Below, one piece after another: positions 17,102 through 25,233 of a stretch of DNA of 25,233 bases. The first letter of the stretch is position 1. Every line of letters begins with the position of its first letter. The translations under genes were made by a program, and so were the position numbers. This stretch comes from Candidatus Eiseniibacteriota bacterium (GTDB lineage Bacteria > ARS69): the NCBI GenBank assembly GCA_052390515.1, contig JBQTGV010000065.1, positions 1 through 25,233 on the forward strand, given 5' to 3'. Under the pieces are notes generated by a model. The model saw nothing but the letters and a program-made list of their open reading frames with translations, had not been told where the DNA came from and did no database searches.

Positions 17102-18640
17102 TCACCGCGTGAGGACGAGCTTCCGAGTCTCGTCGTCGTGGCGGCTCTGCACCCTGACGAAGTAGAGCCCGGGCGCGGCCGGCGCGCCGCCCTCGTCCAG
17201 CCCGTCCCACCGCGCCTCGTGACGGCCGGCGACACCGACGGCCTGGACCAGCGTGCGGACCCTGCGCCCGGCCACGTCGTAGATCACCGCCGTGACCCGG
17301 TCGGCGACCGGCAGCGTGAACGCGATCGTCGTGGCGCCGAGCGCCGGATTCGGCATGACTTCGACCTCCAGCGGACGGGCGGCCGCCTCGACGTCGCGGG
17401 CGGCGACGACATTCAGGTAGGCCTCGATGGTGCCGCGCAGGTTCAAGCGACCATCGCCCATGTACTGATCCCAGCCGACCGTGTCCTCCGCCGGCAGGCC
17501 CACCATGTCCTCGGCGCCCGCCGTGAAGAAGGCGCGCACCTGGCTGGAGACGATCGTCGGCTCGAGGGACTTGAGCAGGCTCGCGATTCCCGCCGCGACC
17601 GGTGTGGCCGCCGAGCAGCCGGCGAACCACGAGTCGGTGTCCACGGCTGTGTTGTACTGAGAGGTGTACACGCCGTCACCTGGCGCCACGTAATCGAGCT
17701 TCGTTCCCGTGCCCGAGTACCACGCGCGGTCGTCGTTCAGGTCCGTCGCGCCGATGGAGATGCAGTGCGTGGAGATACCCGGCCCGGAGATGTCCGCGTC
17801 GCCGATGCCGCCGTTCCCCGCGCAGGCGATGAGGACGGCGCCGGTCTGCTTGCAGTTGCCGAGTGCTTGATTCAGCGTCACACCGAGCGGGTAGTTGATG
17901 AGGCTCATGCTCACGACGTCGGCGCCGTTCGCTGCCGCGAAGTCGACCCCGGCGATGAGGTTCATGGTCGTGCCGGAGTTCCCCGCGTCGAGCACCTTGA
18001 TCGGCATGATCATGCAGGCTTGATTGACGCCGGCCACGCCGAACGAGTTGTTGCCGTTCGCCGCGAGCAGTCCGGAGACGAGCGTTCCGTGGCTCTGGTC
18101 ATCCTCGGGGTCGGCGTCGTTGTTCACGAAGTCCCACCCGGCGACGATCCGCCCGGCGAAGTCCGGATGGTCCGAATCGATCCCCGTGTCCAGCACGGCC
18201 ACGACCACGCTGGACGCCCCGAGGGTGACGTCCCAGCCGGCCTCGGCCTCGATGTCCGCTCCGGGGGTGCCGCCGAACTGTCCGGTGTTGTTCAGGTGCC
18301 ACTGGTCTGCCGCGTACCACGTGTCGTTCGGAACGAAGCCGCCCTGCCCGATGTAGTTCGGCTCCACCGACACTACCGCGGGATCCGCCGCGTACGCCGC
18401 CAGCCGGTCTTCCAGCGAAACGGAGGCGTCGAAGCGCACGAGCGTGACCGGACGCTGCTCCAGGCGGAACACCACGGTGCCGCCGAGGCGGTCGTGAACG
18501 GCTTCCTGCGCCGACGGCGCAGCCGACTCGTGGAACGCCACGATCAGCTCGCCGGGGACGAAGGGATGGTCGAGGAAGGCGGCCGCGTCGGCGCGGAATC
18601 CCAGCGCCGAGGCGGAGAGGGCGATGGCCAGACGACGCAT
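17102..18640 (-). CDS. S8 (subtilisin-like) serine peptidase with C-terminal FlgD-Ig/sorting-like domain
   Basis: Propeptide PGELIVAF..VEPNY; triad VLDTG, HGTLVSG, GCSAATP; oxyanion AGNG; CTD PNP..IYDVAGRRVRTL..GLYFVRV. ATG at 18640. Confidence 0.9.
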   Translation of the reverse strand: MRRLAIALSASALGFRADAAAFLDHPFVPGELIVAFHESAAPSAQEAVHDRLGGTVVFRLEQRPVTLVRFDASVSLEDRLAAYAADPAVVSVEPNYIGQGGFVPNDTWYAADQWHLNNTGQFGGTPGADIEAEAGWDVTLGASSVVVAVLDTGIDSDHPDFAGRIVAGWDFVNNDADPEDDQSHGTLVSGLLAANGNNSFGVAGVNQACMIMPIKVLDAGNSGTTMNLIAGVDFAAANGADVVSMSLINYPLGVTLNQALGNCKQTGAVLIACAGNGGIGDADISGPGISTHCISIGATDLNDDRAWYSGTGTKLDYVAPGDGVYTSQYNTAVDTDSWFAGCSAATPVAAGIASLLKSLEPTIVSSQVRAFFTAGAEDMVGLPAEDTVGWDQYMGDGRLNLRGTIEAYLNVVAARDVEAAARPLEVEVMPNPALGATTIAFTLPVADRVTAVIYDVAGRRVRTLVQAVGVAGRHEARWDGLDEGGAPAAPGLYFVRVQSRHDDETRKLVLTR

Positions 18641-18765
18641 GGGGGCGCGCTCCGGGTCAGAGGTAGAGCGAGGGTAGGGGAGGGGGCCGATCAGGTTCAA
18701 TGCGATTCGTCGGGACCGGCGGGTGAGCCGGATCCTCCGCGCGAGCCGGCACCGTTTGCCGACCC

Positions 18766-19185
18766 TCAGCGTAGAAAGCGGTTCCGGAGTTCCGGTGGCA
18801 CGATCGGGCAGACGTCCTCGGGCCGGCGGAAGAGCCGCTTCCGGATCTTCGCCACGAGGTCGTAGGCCGGATCCCGAAGAGCGCGCGGCACGACGCCGAG
18901 CACCTTCGCCAGGAGGCCCCAGCCGCCGCCGACCCGGCTCAGCGAGTGCAGCACCGCATCCGAGCGGAGGAGGACGCGGCCGCCGGCGTCGAGCAGCGCG
19001 ATGGAGTCGGGGAGGGCGAGCCGCACGTCGTCGGCGAGGTGGCGGAGAATCTCTTCGCCCTGGAGCGGGGCGAAGCGGAAGCGCGAGCCGTCCGCGTCGC
19101 GCCGGGCCAGGAAGCGGACCGTGCCGTGGCACAGGCCGCAGTGGCCGTCATAGAAGACGAGGTCGTGCGTGCGGGCTTCCACCAC
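18766..19185 (-). CDS. DCC1-like thiol-disulfide oxidoreductase (DUF393)
   Basis: LVFYDGHCGLC, FRFAPLQG, RSDAVL, LRDPAYDLVAKIRKRLF. GTG start after GAGGAGG. Confidence 0.88.
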   Translation of the reverse strand: MVEARTHDLVFYDGHCGLCHGTVRFLARRDADGSRFRFAPLQGEEILRHLADDVRLALPDSIALLDAGGRVLLRSDAVLHSLSRVGGGWGLLAKVLGVVPRALRDPAYDLVAKIRKRLFRRPEDVCPIVPPELRNRFLR

Positions 19186-19222
19186 GTTGAAGCAGACCCT
19201 CCTCTCCAGTAGGATCCTTCCA

Positions 19223-20041
19223 ATGTACCGCTCTCTCGCCGGCTTGGCCGCTGCCCTGCTGCTCACGGGGAGCGCCGTGGCCCACCCGCCGGCCTCCGAA
19301 GACATCGGCAGGATCACCCGCCAGCTCGCCGCCGGCCCCGACGCAGCGCTGCTCCTCGAGCGGGCCGAGCTGTACCGCGTGAGCGGGGAGTGGGGCGCGG
19401 CGGATGCCGACGCCCGCGCGGCGCTCGCGCTGGCGCCTTCGCTCTTCCAGGTGAGGCTGAGTCTGGCGCGGACCGCTCTCGCGGCTGGCGATGCGGCCGG
19501 CGCGGTCGAGGAGGCGCGGCGCTACCTCGCCGCTTCCCCGGACGCGAAGGGCTACCGCGTGCTCGCCGCGGCGCTCGCGGCGCTCGGGCGAAGGGACGAG
19601 GCGGTGTCGGCGTGGTTGCAGGCCGTCGGCGCGGCGGATCCGCCCGACCCGGGGGATTACCTCGAGGCGGCGCGGCTCCTGGCGAACGCCGGCCCGGCGG
19701 AGGTGGCGGAGCCGGCGGCGGCGCTGGCCGTGCTGGACCACGGGATCACGGTGCTCGGACCGCTGCTCGCGCTGGAGTCGGCGGCGGTCGAGATTTCGCG
19801 GGCGGCCGGCCGGACCGACGAGGCGCTGGCGCGGGTGGACAGGATCGTCGCGCGGCTGGAGCGCGCGGAGACCTGGCTGGCCGAGCGCGGACGCATCCTG
19901 CTCGAGGCGGGGCGAAAGCCGGAAGCGCAAGCCGCGTTCTCCGAGGCGCTGGCGGCGGTCGAGCGGCTGCCCGTGCATCATCGGGGGACGCCGGCTGTGC
20001 GGCGGCTCGAAGCCGAGCTGGAAGAGAGGCTGCGGTCGTGA
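19223..20041 (+). CDS. Exported TPR-repeat protein
   Basis: Signal peptide ending AVA-H, Ala-rich helical repeats, stop overlapping the next start. Confidence 0.75.
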   Translation: MYRSLAGLAAALLLTGSAVAHPPASEDIGRITRQLAAGPDAALLLERAELYRVSGEWGAADADARAALALAPSLFQVRLSLARTALAAGDAAGAVEEARRYLAASPDAKGYRVLAAALAALGRRDEAVSAWLQAVGAADPPDPGDYLEAARLLANAGPAEVAEPAAALAVLDHGITVLGPLLALESAAVEISRAAGRTDEALARVDRIVARLERAETWLAERGRILLEAGRKPEAQAAFSEALAAVERLPVHHRGTPAVRRLEAELEERLRS

Positions 20042-21666
20042 CGCGCGGGCTCCGCGTGTTCGCGCCGTTCGCCGCAGCCGCCGCCGCCGGGGTGGCGGCC
20101 GTGCTCAGCAGCGCGCTCCCGGCCTTCGCCCAGACGGTGACGCGAGGCCCGTTCCTGCAGATCGCGCGGACGGACGGCATGACCGTGCGCTGGCGGACCA
20201 ATGCGTCGGCCGACGGACGCGTGTGGTACGGGCCAAGCCCGTCGAGCCTGACACAGTGGGTGGACGATCCGGTGGCGGCGCTGGAGCACGCTGTCACCAT
20301 CATGGGGCTGACGGCGGACACGCGCTACTACTACGCGGTGGGAACGACGACGACGCAGCTCGCCGGCGCGGACTCGCTGCACTGGTTCGAGACGTCGCCG
20401 CCGCCGGGCAGCACGGACCCGGTGCGGATGTGGATCCTCGGGGACTCCGGCCTCGCCGGCCCGAACCAGAACGCGGTGCGGGATGCGTATCTCGCGTATC
20501 CGGGTGCCGCCGACACGGGCGTGTGGCTCATGCTCGGCGACAACGCGTACAACACGGGTACGGACGCGGAATTCACCGTCGGCCTTTTCAATCCGTACGC
20601 GTCGCCGCTTCGCACCATGCCGCTCTGGCCGACGCGCGGAAATCACGACGTCGTCCGCGCCGGTCCGAACAACGACTACTACGACTTCTTCACGCTGCCC
20701 GTGGCAGGAGAAGCGGGGGGCCTGGCCTCCGGCACGGAAGCGTACTACTCGTTCGACTACGCGAACGTGCACTTCGTGTGTCTCGACTCGGAGGGGTCGG
20801 ACCGATCGGCCGGCGGCCCGATGGTCACCTGGCTGCGGCAGGATCTCGCGGCGAACACCGCCGACTGGTGCATCGCGTTCTGGCATCACCCGCCGTACAC
20901 CAAGGGTTCGCACGATTCCGACAACGCGGCCGACAGCGGCGGACGCATGCAGGACATGCGGCAGAACGTGCTGCCGGTGGCGGACAGTCTCGGCGTGGAC
21001 CTGGTGCTGACCGGACACAGCCACTCGTACGAGCGCTCGTTCCTGCTGAACGGGCACTACGGGCTGTCGTCGACGTTGACGGGCGGGATGATCCTGGACG
21101 GCGGCGACGGACGCGTCGGCGGCGACGGCGCCTACGAGAAGAGCACGCCGGGGCCGGCTGCGTTCGAGGGCGCGGTGCACGTGGTGGCGGGGAGCGGCGC
21201 GCAGATCAGCGGCGGGACGCTGAACCATCCGGCGATGTACACGTCGCTGAACGTGCTCGGGTCGGTCGTGCTGGACGTCGCGGGACTGGAGATGAACCTG
21301 ACGTTCCTGGACAACACCGGGGCGGTGCGGGACTGGTTCACGTTGACGAAGGGGGCGGCCGTGTCCGCGCCCGCGGCGAAGGAGACGGCGCCCGTTTTCG
21401 CGGTGCGTGCTTGGCCCAACCCGGCCACGGGTCCGACCGAGGTCAGCTTCGTGCTGCCGGAGGCGGGGAAGGCGCGGGTGCGCATCCTGGATCCCAGCGG
21501 GCGCGTGGTGCGGACGCTCGCGAGCCGGACGTACGTCGCCGGCACGCACGCCGTCTCGTGGGACGGCCGCGACAAGAACCGGAAGCCCGTCGCGGCGGGG
21601 GTGTACTTCGCGGTGGTGGAGGCCGGCGGGAGCCTGCGGTCGGTGAAGCTCGTCCGGCCAGAGTGA
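20038..21666 (+). CDS. Purple acid phosphatase-like metallophosphoesterase with FN3-like N-domain and FlgD-Ig CTD
   Basis: All five PAP blocks present: GDSG, GDNAY, GNHD, FWHHPPY, GHSH. CTD WPNP..GVYFAVV. GTG at 20038. Confidence 0.9.
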   Translation: MTRGLRVFAPFAAAAAAGVAAVLSSALPAFAQTVTRGPFLQIARTDGMTVRWRTNASADGRVWYGPSPSSLTQWVDDPVAALEHAVTIMGLTADTRYYYAVGTTTTQLAGADSLHWFETSPPPGSTDPVRMWILGDSGLAGPNQNAVRDAYLAYPGAADTGVWLMLGDNAYNTGTDAEFTVGLFNPYASPLRTMPLWPTRGNHDVVRAGPNNDYYDFFTLPVAGEAGGLASGTEAYYSFDYANVHFVCLDSEGSDRSAGGPMVTWLRQDLAANTADWCIAFWHHPPYTKGSHDSDNAADSGGRMQDMRQNVLPVADSLGVDLVLTGHSHSYERSFLLNGHYGLSSTLTGGMILDGGDGRVGGDGAYEKSTPGPAAFEGAVHVVAGSGAQISGGTLNHPAMYTSLNVLGSVVLDVAGLEMNLTFLDNTGAVRDWFTLTKGAAVSAPAAKETAPVFAVRAWPNPATGPTEVSFVLPEAGKARVRILDPSGRVVRTLASRTYVAGTHAVSWDGRDKNRKPVAAGVYFAVVEAGGSLRSVKLVRPE

Positions 21667-21731
21667 GCGGGGGGGCGCGGCGGCGCGCCTTCTGCGCCGC
21701 GCCCGGAGGCGACCCGACCACCGCCGCGGGG

Positions 21732-21760
21732 TTGCTGGAGGCGGGCTCCTCCGGTAGACT
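21732..21760 (+). promoter_or_regulatory. Putative promoter of tRNA-Lys (possibly also tmRNA)
   Basis: TTGCTG-N17-TAGACT ending 14 nt upstream of the tRNA. Confidence 0.55.
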
Positions 21761-21774
21761 GCGTCCCCGGTCGT

Positions 21775-21850
<76 letters not shown>

Positions 21851-21981
21851 CCTTCCCCTTCAGGGTGCGGCGGGACGACCGATCCGCGAAATGCGGGTTG
21901 AACCAACGCGCCGGCGGGGGTTTCATGGAGTGCGTGGCCGGCGTCGTCCGGCTGCGGCGCTACGAGAGGGACGACGAATAG

Positions 21982-22329
21982 GGGGGCGACTGGCTTCGAC
22001 GGGGTTCACAGAGCCGATGGTTGCGTGCCGAGGCGCCCAGGCCTCGTTAAAAATGGGCATCGTACAACTGCCAACGAGGAGTTGGCCCTGGCGGCTTAGC
22101 GCCAGCGGTGGCCCCTTCCATGCCCGCGGGGGAGGGTGCCATCGTCGATTTCGCGGGCTCGCTGTTTCTGGGCGTCTCGGCCGGAGCGGCTAAACTTCAC
22201 CGAGGCTGGTCCTGGCCGGATCCCATCCGTCGGAGCCGGTAGGGGCGAGATTCAAATGGCGGAGAGCGCACGGATGAGCCGCCGGTAATGGTACTTCGGA
22301 CGCGGGTTCGATTCCCGCCGCCTCCACCA
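21982..22329 (+). ncRNA. ssrA: tmRNA, tag (A)ANEELALAA
   Basis: 5' GGGGGCG..GGCTTCGAC, 3' GGTTCGATTCCCGCCGCCTCCACCA with a G3:U alanine identity pair. Tag ORF 22070-22099 GCC AAC GAG GAG TTG GCC CTG GCG GCT TAG. Confidence 0.96.
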
Positions 22330-22334
22330 CACCT

Positions 22335-22365
22335 GGGCCCGTAACCCTCGTGGTTGCGGGCCCTT
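22335..22365 (+). terminator. Hairpin/terminator after tmRNA
   Basis: GGGCCCGTAACC-CTCGT-GGTTGCGGGCCC 12-bp stem, followed by only TT. Confidence 0.6.
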
Positions 22366-22411
22366 AGCACGTCGGGGAGAAGGGCGCGTAAGCCGTCTCC
22401 GGAATATCTCC

Positions 22412-23278
22412 GTGCGCCGGACAAACCGGCGAGGTGTTACGAATGGAAGTTTCGCACGGTGAAGGGCCAGCGACCCACACCGTCCTCCGAGTCATGCGCC
22501 GTCGTCCGCGAGGGCGAAGGTGAAGCGTTGACAGGGGTACGTGCGGGCCGGGTATTGAGCCGCGAAATTTCGGAACCACTTTGGGGTGCCGACGCCGTGG
22601 AGATAGGCGGAAGGCCACACCGAGCGTGTCGCCATCGCGAGATGCGCCCGGACCCCGCGCGGTCTGAGACCCCGAGCACGCACGCAAGCACCTCGCCTGG
22701 GAACCGGGAGATCCCACGTCCGCCTGAGGCCGGAGGGACCGCAGGCCGCGCCGGGAAGTCCAAGGACCGAAGCCGGCGATGAACGGACGGGGGAAGTCGG
22801 ACGGTCCCGTAGTACCTGGGAAGCCGCCGAACAAGGCTGAGCAATTGGTCGCGGAGGCGGTGGAGGGAAGGGGACCGACCAAGGGGAATCCGCCACAGCG
22901 TAACGCGCACCGGACTCAGAGCCGGGCGAGCGCGCCCAGCTCGCTGGAGCGGATACGTCAGGCAGCGGAAAGGGACGGGAAGCAGCGGTTCACCGCGCTC
23001 TTGCACCACGTCTATGACATCGACCGGTTGCATGCCGCGTACTTCGCTTTGAAGCGGGACGCGGTGGCAGGCGTGGATGGCGTGACGTGGCAGCACTATG
23101 GAGAGGAGCTGGAGGCCAACCTTCAGGGCCTTTCCGAGAGGCTGAAGCGAGCGGCGTACCGGGCGAAGCCGGTTCGTCGGGCGTACATCCCGAAGGCGGA
23201 CGGGCGGCAGCGACCGCTCGGTGTCCCTGCGCTGGAGGACAAGATCGTTCAGCGCGCCGTCGTCGAGGTGCTCAGCGC
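22412..23278 (+). mobile_element. Group II intron, 5' portion (IIB-type; RT resembles bacterial class E), interrupted by IS21
   Basis: GTGCG 5' boundary; EBS1 and EBS2 complementary to the preceding 14 nt; RT ORF inside. Confidence 0.88.
22779..23278 (+). pseudogene. ltrA: Group II intron reverse transcriptase/maturase, truncated by IS insertion
   Basis: RFTALLHHVY, AGVDGVTW, YRAKPVRRAYIPKADGRQRPLGVPALEDKIVQRAV. Homology stops at VLSA; the tail VDEPGKLDRSEL* (to 23318) is read from the IS end. Confidence 0.9.
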
Positions 23279-23285
23279 TGTAGAC

Positions 23286-23328
23286 GAACCTGGAAAACTA
23301 GACCGAAGTGAACTTTGAAAAGTAGACC
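23286..23328 (+). repeat. Two 19-bp transposase-binding direct repeats at the IS21 left end
   Basis: GAACCTGGAAAACTAGACC (23286-23304) and GAACTTTGAAAAGTAGACC (23310-23328): 16/19 identical, 24-bp period. Confidence 0.8.
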
Positions 23329-23425
23329 ACTCTCCTGGGGAGCGGGGTCTCCGCCGGGGACCTTGTTCACGCCGTAGTCTCCCCCGGGCCGGGCGAGCGG
23401 AGCCGACTCGGCCGAGGGGGAGGTG

Positions 23426-24712
23426 ATGATCGGTCAGGAGGGCTGGATGGAGATCAAGCTGATGCACCGCCAGGGGGTCTCGATCCGGGCCATCGCCCGG
23501 AGGACGGGACTGTCGCGGGACACGGTGCGGAAGATCCTGAAGCAGGTGGCACCCAAGCGCTACGGACCGAGGGCTCCGCGAGCCACGAAGCTTTCGCCCT
23601 TCGTTGCTCGGCTGGAGGAGCTCTTGGTCGTTCGCCCGCACGCTCCGGCGACGGTTCTGTACGAGGCCATCGCGGAGAAGGGCTACACCGGGCACTACGA
23701 GCAGGTGAAGCGCTGGGTGAGAGGGCGACGTCGGGAAGAGTCGGCCAAGCGCAGGGCCTGCGTGCGCTTCGAGACAGCACCGGGTGTGGAGGCGCAGTTC
23801 GACTGGAAGGGACCGGCGCGCGGTCTCTTGGAGGACGATCCGACGCGGGAGGTGCACTTCTTCCGCTTCCTTCTCGCCTGGTCGCGGGCGCGCTGGACGC
23901 TGGTGGTGCCGAGCCTCAAGCTTCCCTCGGTGCTGGCTTCGCTGCGCTGGGGATTCGAGCGCGCCGGTGGAGTGACCGAGCGCCTCGTCCTGGACAATCC
24001 CAAGACCGCGGTGCTGAAGCCCAAGCCGCGCCTCAAGCTGCATCCCTTCTTCCTGGACTTCTGCAGGCACTACGGCGCCGAGCCCGATCCGGCCTGGCCC
24101 TACCATCCGGAGCGCAAGGGCAAGACGGAGCGGAGCTTTCGCGATCTGGTGGACGCCGGCATCCTGGAGCGGACCTACGCCAACGTCTCAGCCCTCCAGG
24201 CCGCGGTCACCGCGGTGGACTCCTCGCGCATGAGCCGGGTGCACGCCACCACCGGTGAACGACCGGCGGATCGTCTGGAACGCGAGCGCGCCGAGCTGCT
24301 GTCCTTGCCTCTCGTTCCCTTCGATCCTCGTCTTCCGGAGAGCCGCCGCGTGCTGACCGACTGCACGGTGAGCTTCGAGGGAGCCTTCTACTCTGTACCG
24401 CACCAGCTCGTCGGATCGCGGGTGGTGGTGAAGGTCGATCCCTGGGGAGAGTCGATCGAGGTCTTCGCCCAGGCCGAGCGCGTGGCCACCCACCGGCGCG
24501 GGAGGAAGGGAGAGCGCGTCATCCTCGAGGAGCACGTCGCCGAGCTGCGCAAGCCGCGCTTCGAGCGACTGCGTGAACGCGCCGACCAGTCTCAAAGCCT
24601 TCGGCGACAGCGATCCGTGGAGGAGCTCATCGCCCTGGTCGCCTGGCCGAGGGTCGAAGTCCAGCACCGACCCATCGAGGAGTACGCCGAGGCCCTGGGA
24701 GGTGCGCGATGA
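23426..24712 (+). CDS. istA: IS21 transposase
   Basis: HTH GVSIRAIARRTGLSRDTVRK; RFETAPGVEAQFDW, LVLDNPKT, KGKTERSF (DDE); YSVP. GTG 23423 is an alternative start. Confidence 0.95.
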   Translation: MIGQEGWMEIKLMHRQGVSIRAIARRTGLSRDTVRKILKQVAPKRYGPRAPRATKLSPFVARLEELLVVRPHAPATVLYEAIAEKGYTGHYEQVKRWVRGRRREESAKRRACVRFETAPGVEAQFDWKGPARGLLEDDPTREVHFFRFLLAWSRARWTLVVPSLKLPSVLASLRWGFERAGGVTERLVLDNPKTAVLKPKPRLKLHPFFLDFCRHYGAEPDPAWPYHPERKGKTERSFRDLVDAGILERTYANVSALQAAVTAVDSSRMSRVHATTGERPADRLERERAELLSLPLVPFDPRLPESRRVLTDCTVSFEGAFYSVPHQLVGSRVVVKVDPWGESIEVFAQAERVATHRRGRKGERVILEEHVAELRKPRFERLRERADQSQSLRRQRSVEELIALVAWPRVEVQHRPIEEYAEALGGAR

Positions 24713-25233
24713 GCCAGCCCACCTACGAGCGACTGGTCACCCAGCTCGATCGGCTGGGTCTGTGGCGCGCCAAGGAGACCTTGCCCGAGACGTTGAAGGG
24801 CGCCGAGGAGGAGACCTTGGGCTACGCCGCCTTCCTCGATCGACTGCTGGAGGAGGAGATCGCCGCCCGCGAGGAGCGGCGCATCAAGAGCTCGTTGCGT
24901 CTGTCCGGACTTCCGGTGATGAAGTCGCTGGACACTTTCGACTTCGCCTTCCAGCCCTCCCTCGATCGAGCGCAGGTCCTGGATCTGGCCTCGCTCACCT
25001 TCCTGGCGCGCAAGGAGAACGTGCTCCTGCTCGGCCCGCCGGGCGTGGGCAAGACCCACCTGGCCTGCGCGCTGGCCATCTGCGCTTGCCAGAACGGCTA
25101 CTCGGTGTACTTCACCACGCTCGATGCCATGATCCGCGCGCTTGCCGCCGCCGATCGCGCCGGGAAACTGGACTCCAAGCTGCGCACCTACTCGACCAAG
25201 TCGCAGCTCCTGGTCCTGGACGAGGTCGGATAC
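24709..25233 (+). CDS. istB: IS21 helper AAA+ ATPase (partial)
   Basis: ATGA overlap with istA; KSLDTFDFAFQP, Walker A GPPGVGKT, Walker B LLVLDEVGY. Confidence 0.95.
   Translation, partial: MSQPTYERLVTQLDRLGLWRAKETLPETLKGAEEETLGYAAFLDRLLEEEIAAREERRIKSSLRLSGLPVMKSLDTFDFAFQPSLDRAQVLDLASLTFLARKENVLLLGPPGVGKTHLACALAICACQNGYSVYFTTLDAMIRALAAADRAGKLDSKLRTYSTKSQLLVLDEVGY

Larger units (their letters stand above)
23279..25233 (+). mobile_element. IS21 family insertion sequence (right end outside window)
   Basis: Starts TG(TAGAC..), has reiterated terminal repeats, and carries overlapping istA-istB. Confidence 0.92.

Noticed and set aside
21673-21704. 10-bp GC stem after the phosphatase gene
   Set aside because: No U-tract, and all-GC stems are common at this composition; cannot be called a terminator.
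21898-21926. TTGAAC-N17-TTTCAT possible tmRNA promoter
   Set aside because: Poor -10; co-transcription from the tRNA-Lys promoter is equally plausible.
22335-22412. Class IIC intron targeting the tmRNA terminator
   Set aside because: The insertion is 48 nt past the stem rather than directly after it, and a good EBS2/IBS2 pairing exists, which IIC introns lack.
22779-23318. Stand-alone RT system (retron, DGR, defence RT)
   Set aside because: The sequence is typical intron-maturase N-terminus inside a GTGCG-bounded ribozyme; it is short because of the IS insertion.

Overview
Very GC-rich bacterial chromosomal window. Left core block: a minus-strand heme operon (hemX/ccsA-like, hemA, hemC, coupled TetR regulator), an RDD gene, tRNA-Leu, and a plus-strand operon (O-antigen ligase-like, smpB, amidase, GerMN, rph, rdgB) ending in tRNA-Pro/Arg/His. 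An accessory-looking 11.9 kb stretch follows: a SatD-like/DUF3307 pair behind an array of palindromic operators, a beta-barrel plus YfaP-like lipoprotein, a fused MFS/spermidine synthase-like gene, a lipoprotein, an S8 protease, a DCC1-like gene, and a TPR plus purple-acid-phosphatase pair. Then come tRNA-Lys and tmRNA (tag ANEELALAA). Just past the tmRNA terminator is a group IIB-type intron sitting in a site matching its own EBS1/EBS2, with its RT gene interrupted by an IS21 element that runs off the window. The best candidate for an under-described system is the SatD-like (palm-domain + HTH)/DUF3307 module. All family calls come from motif recognition by eye, not database searches.
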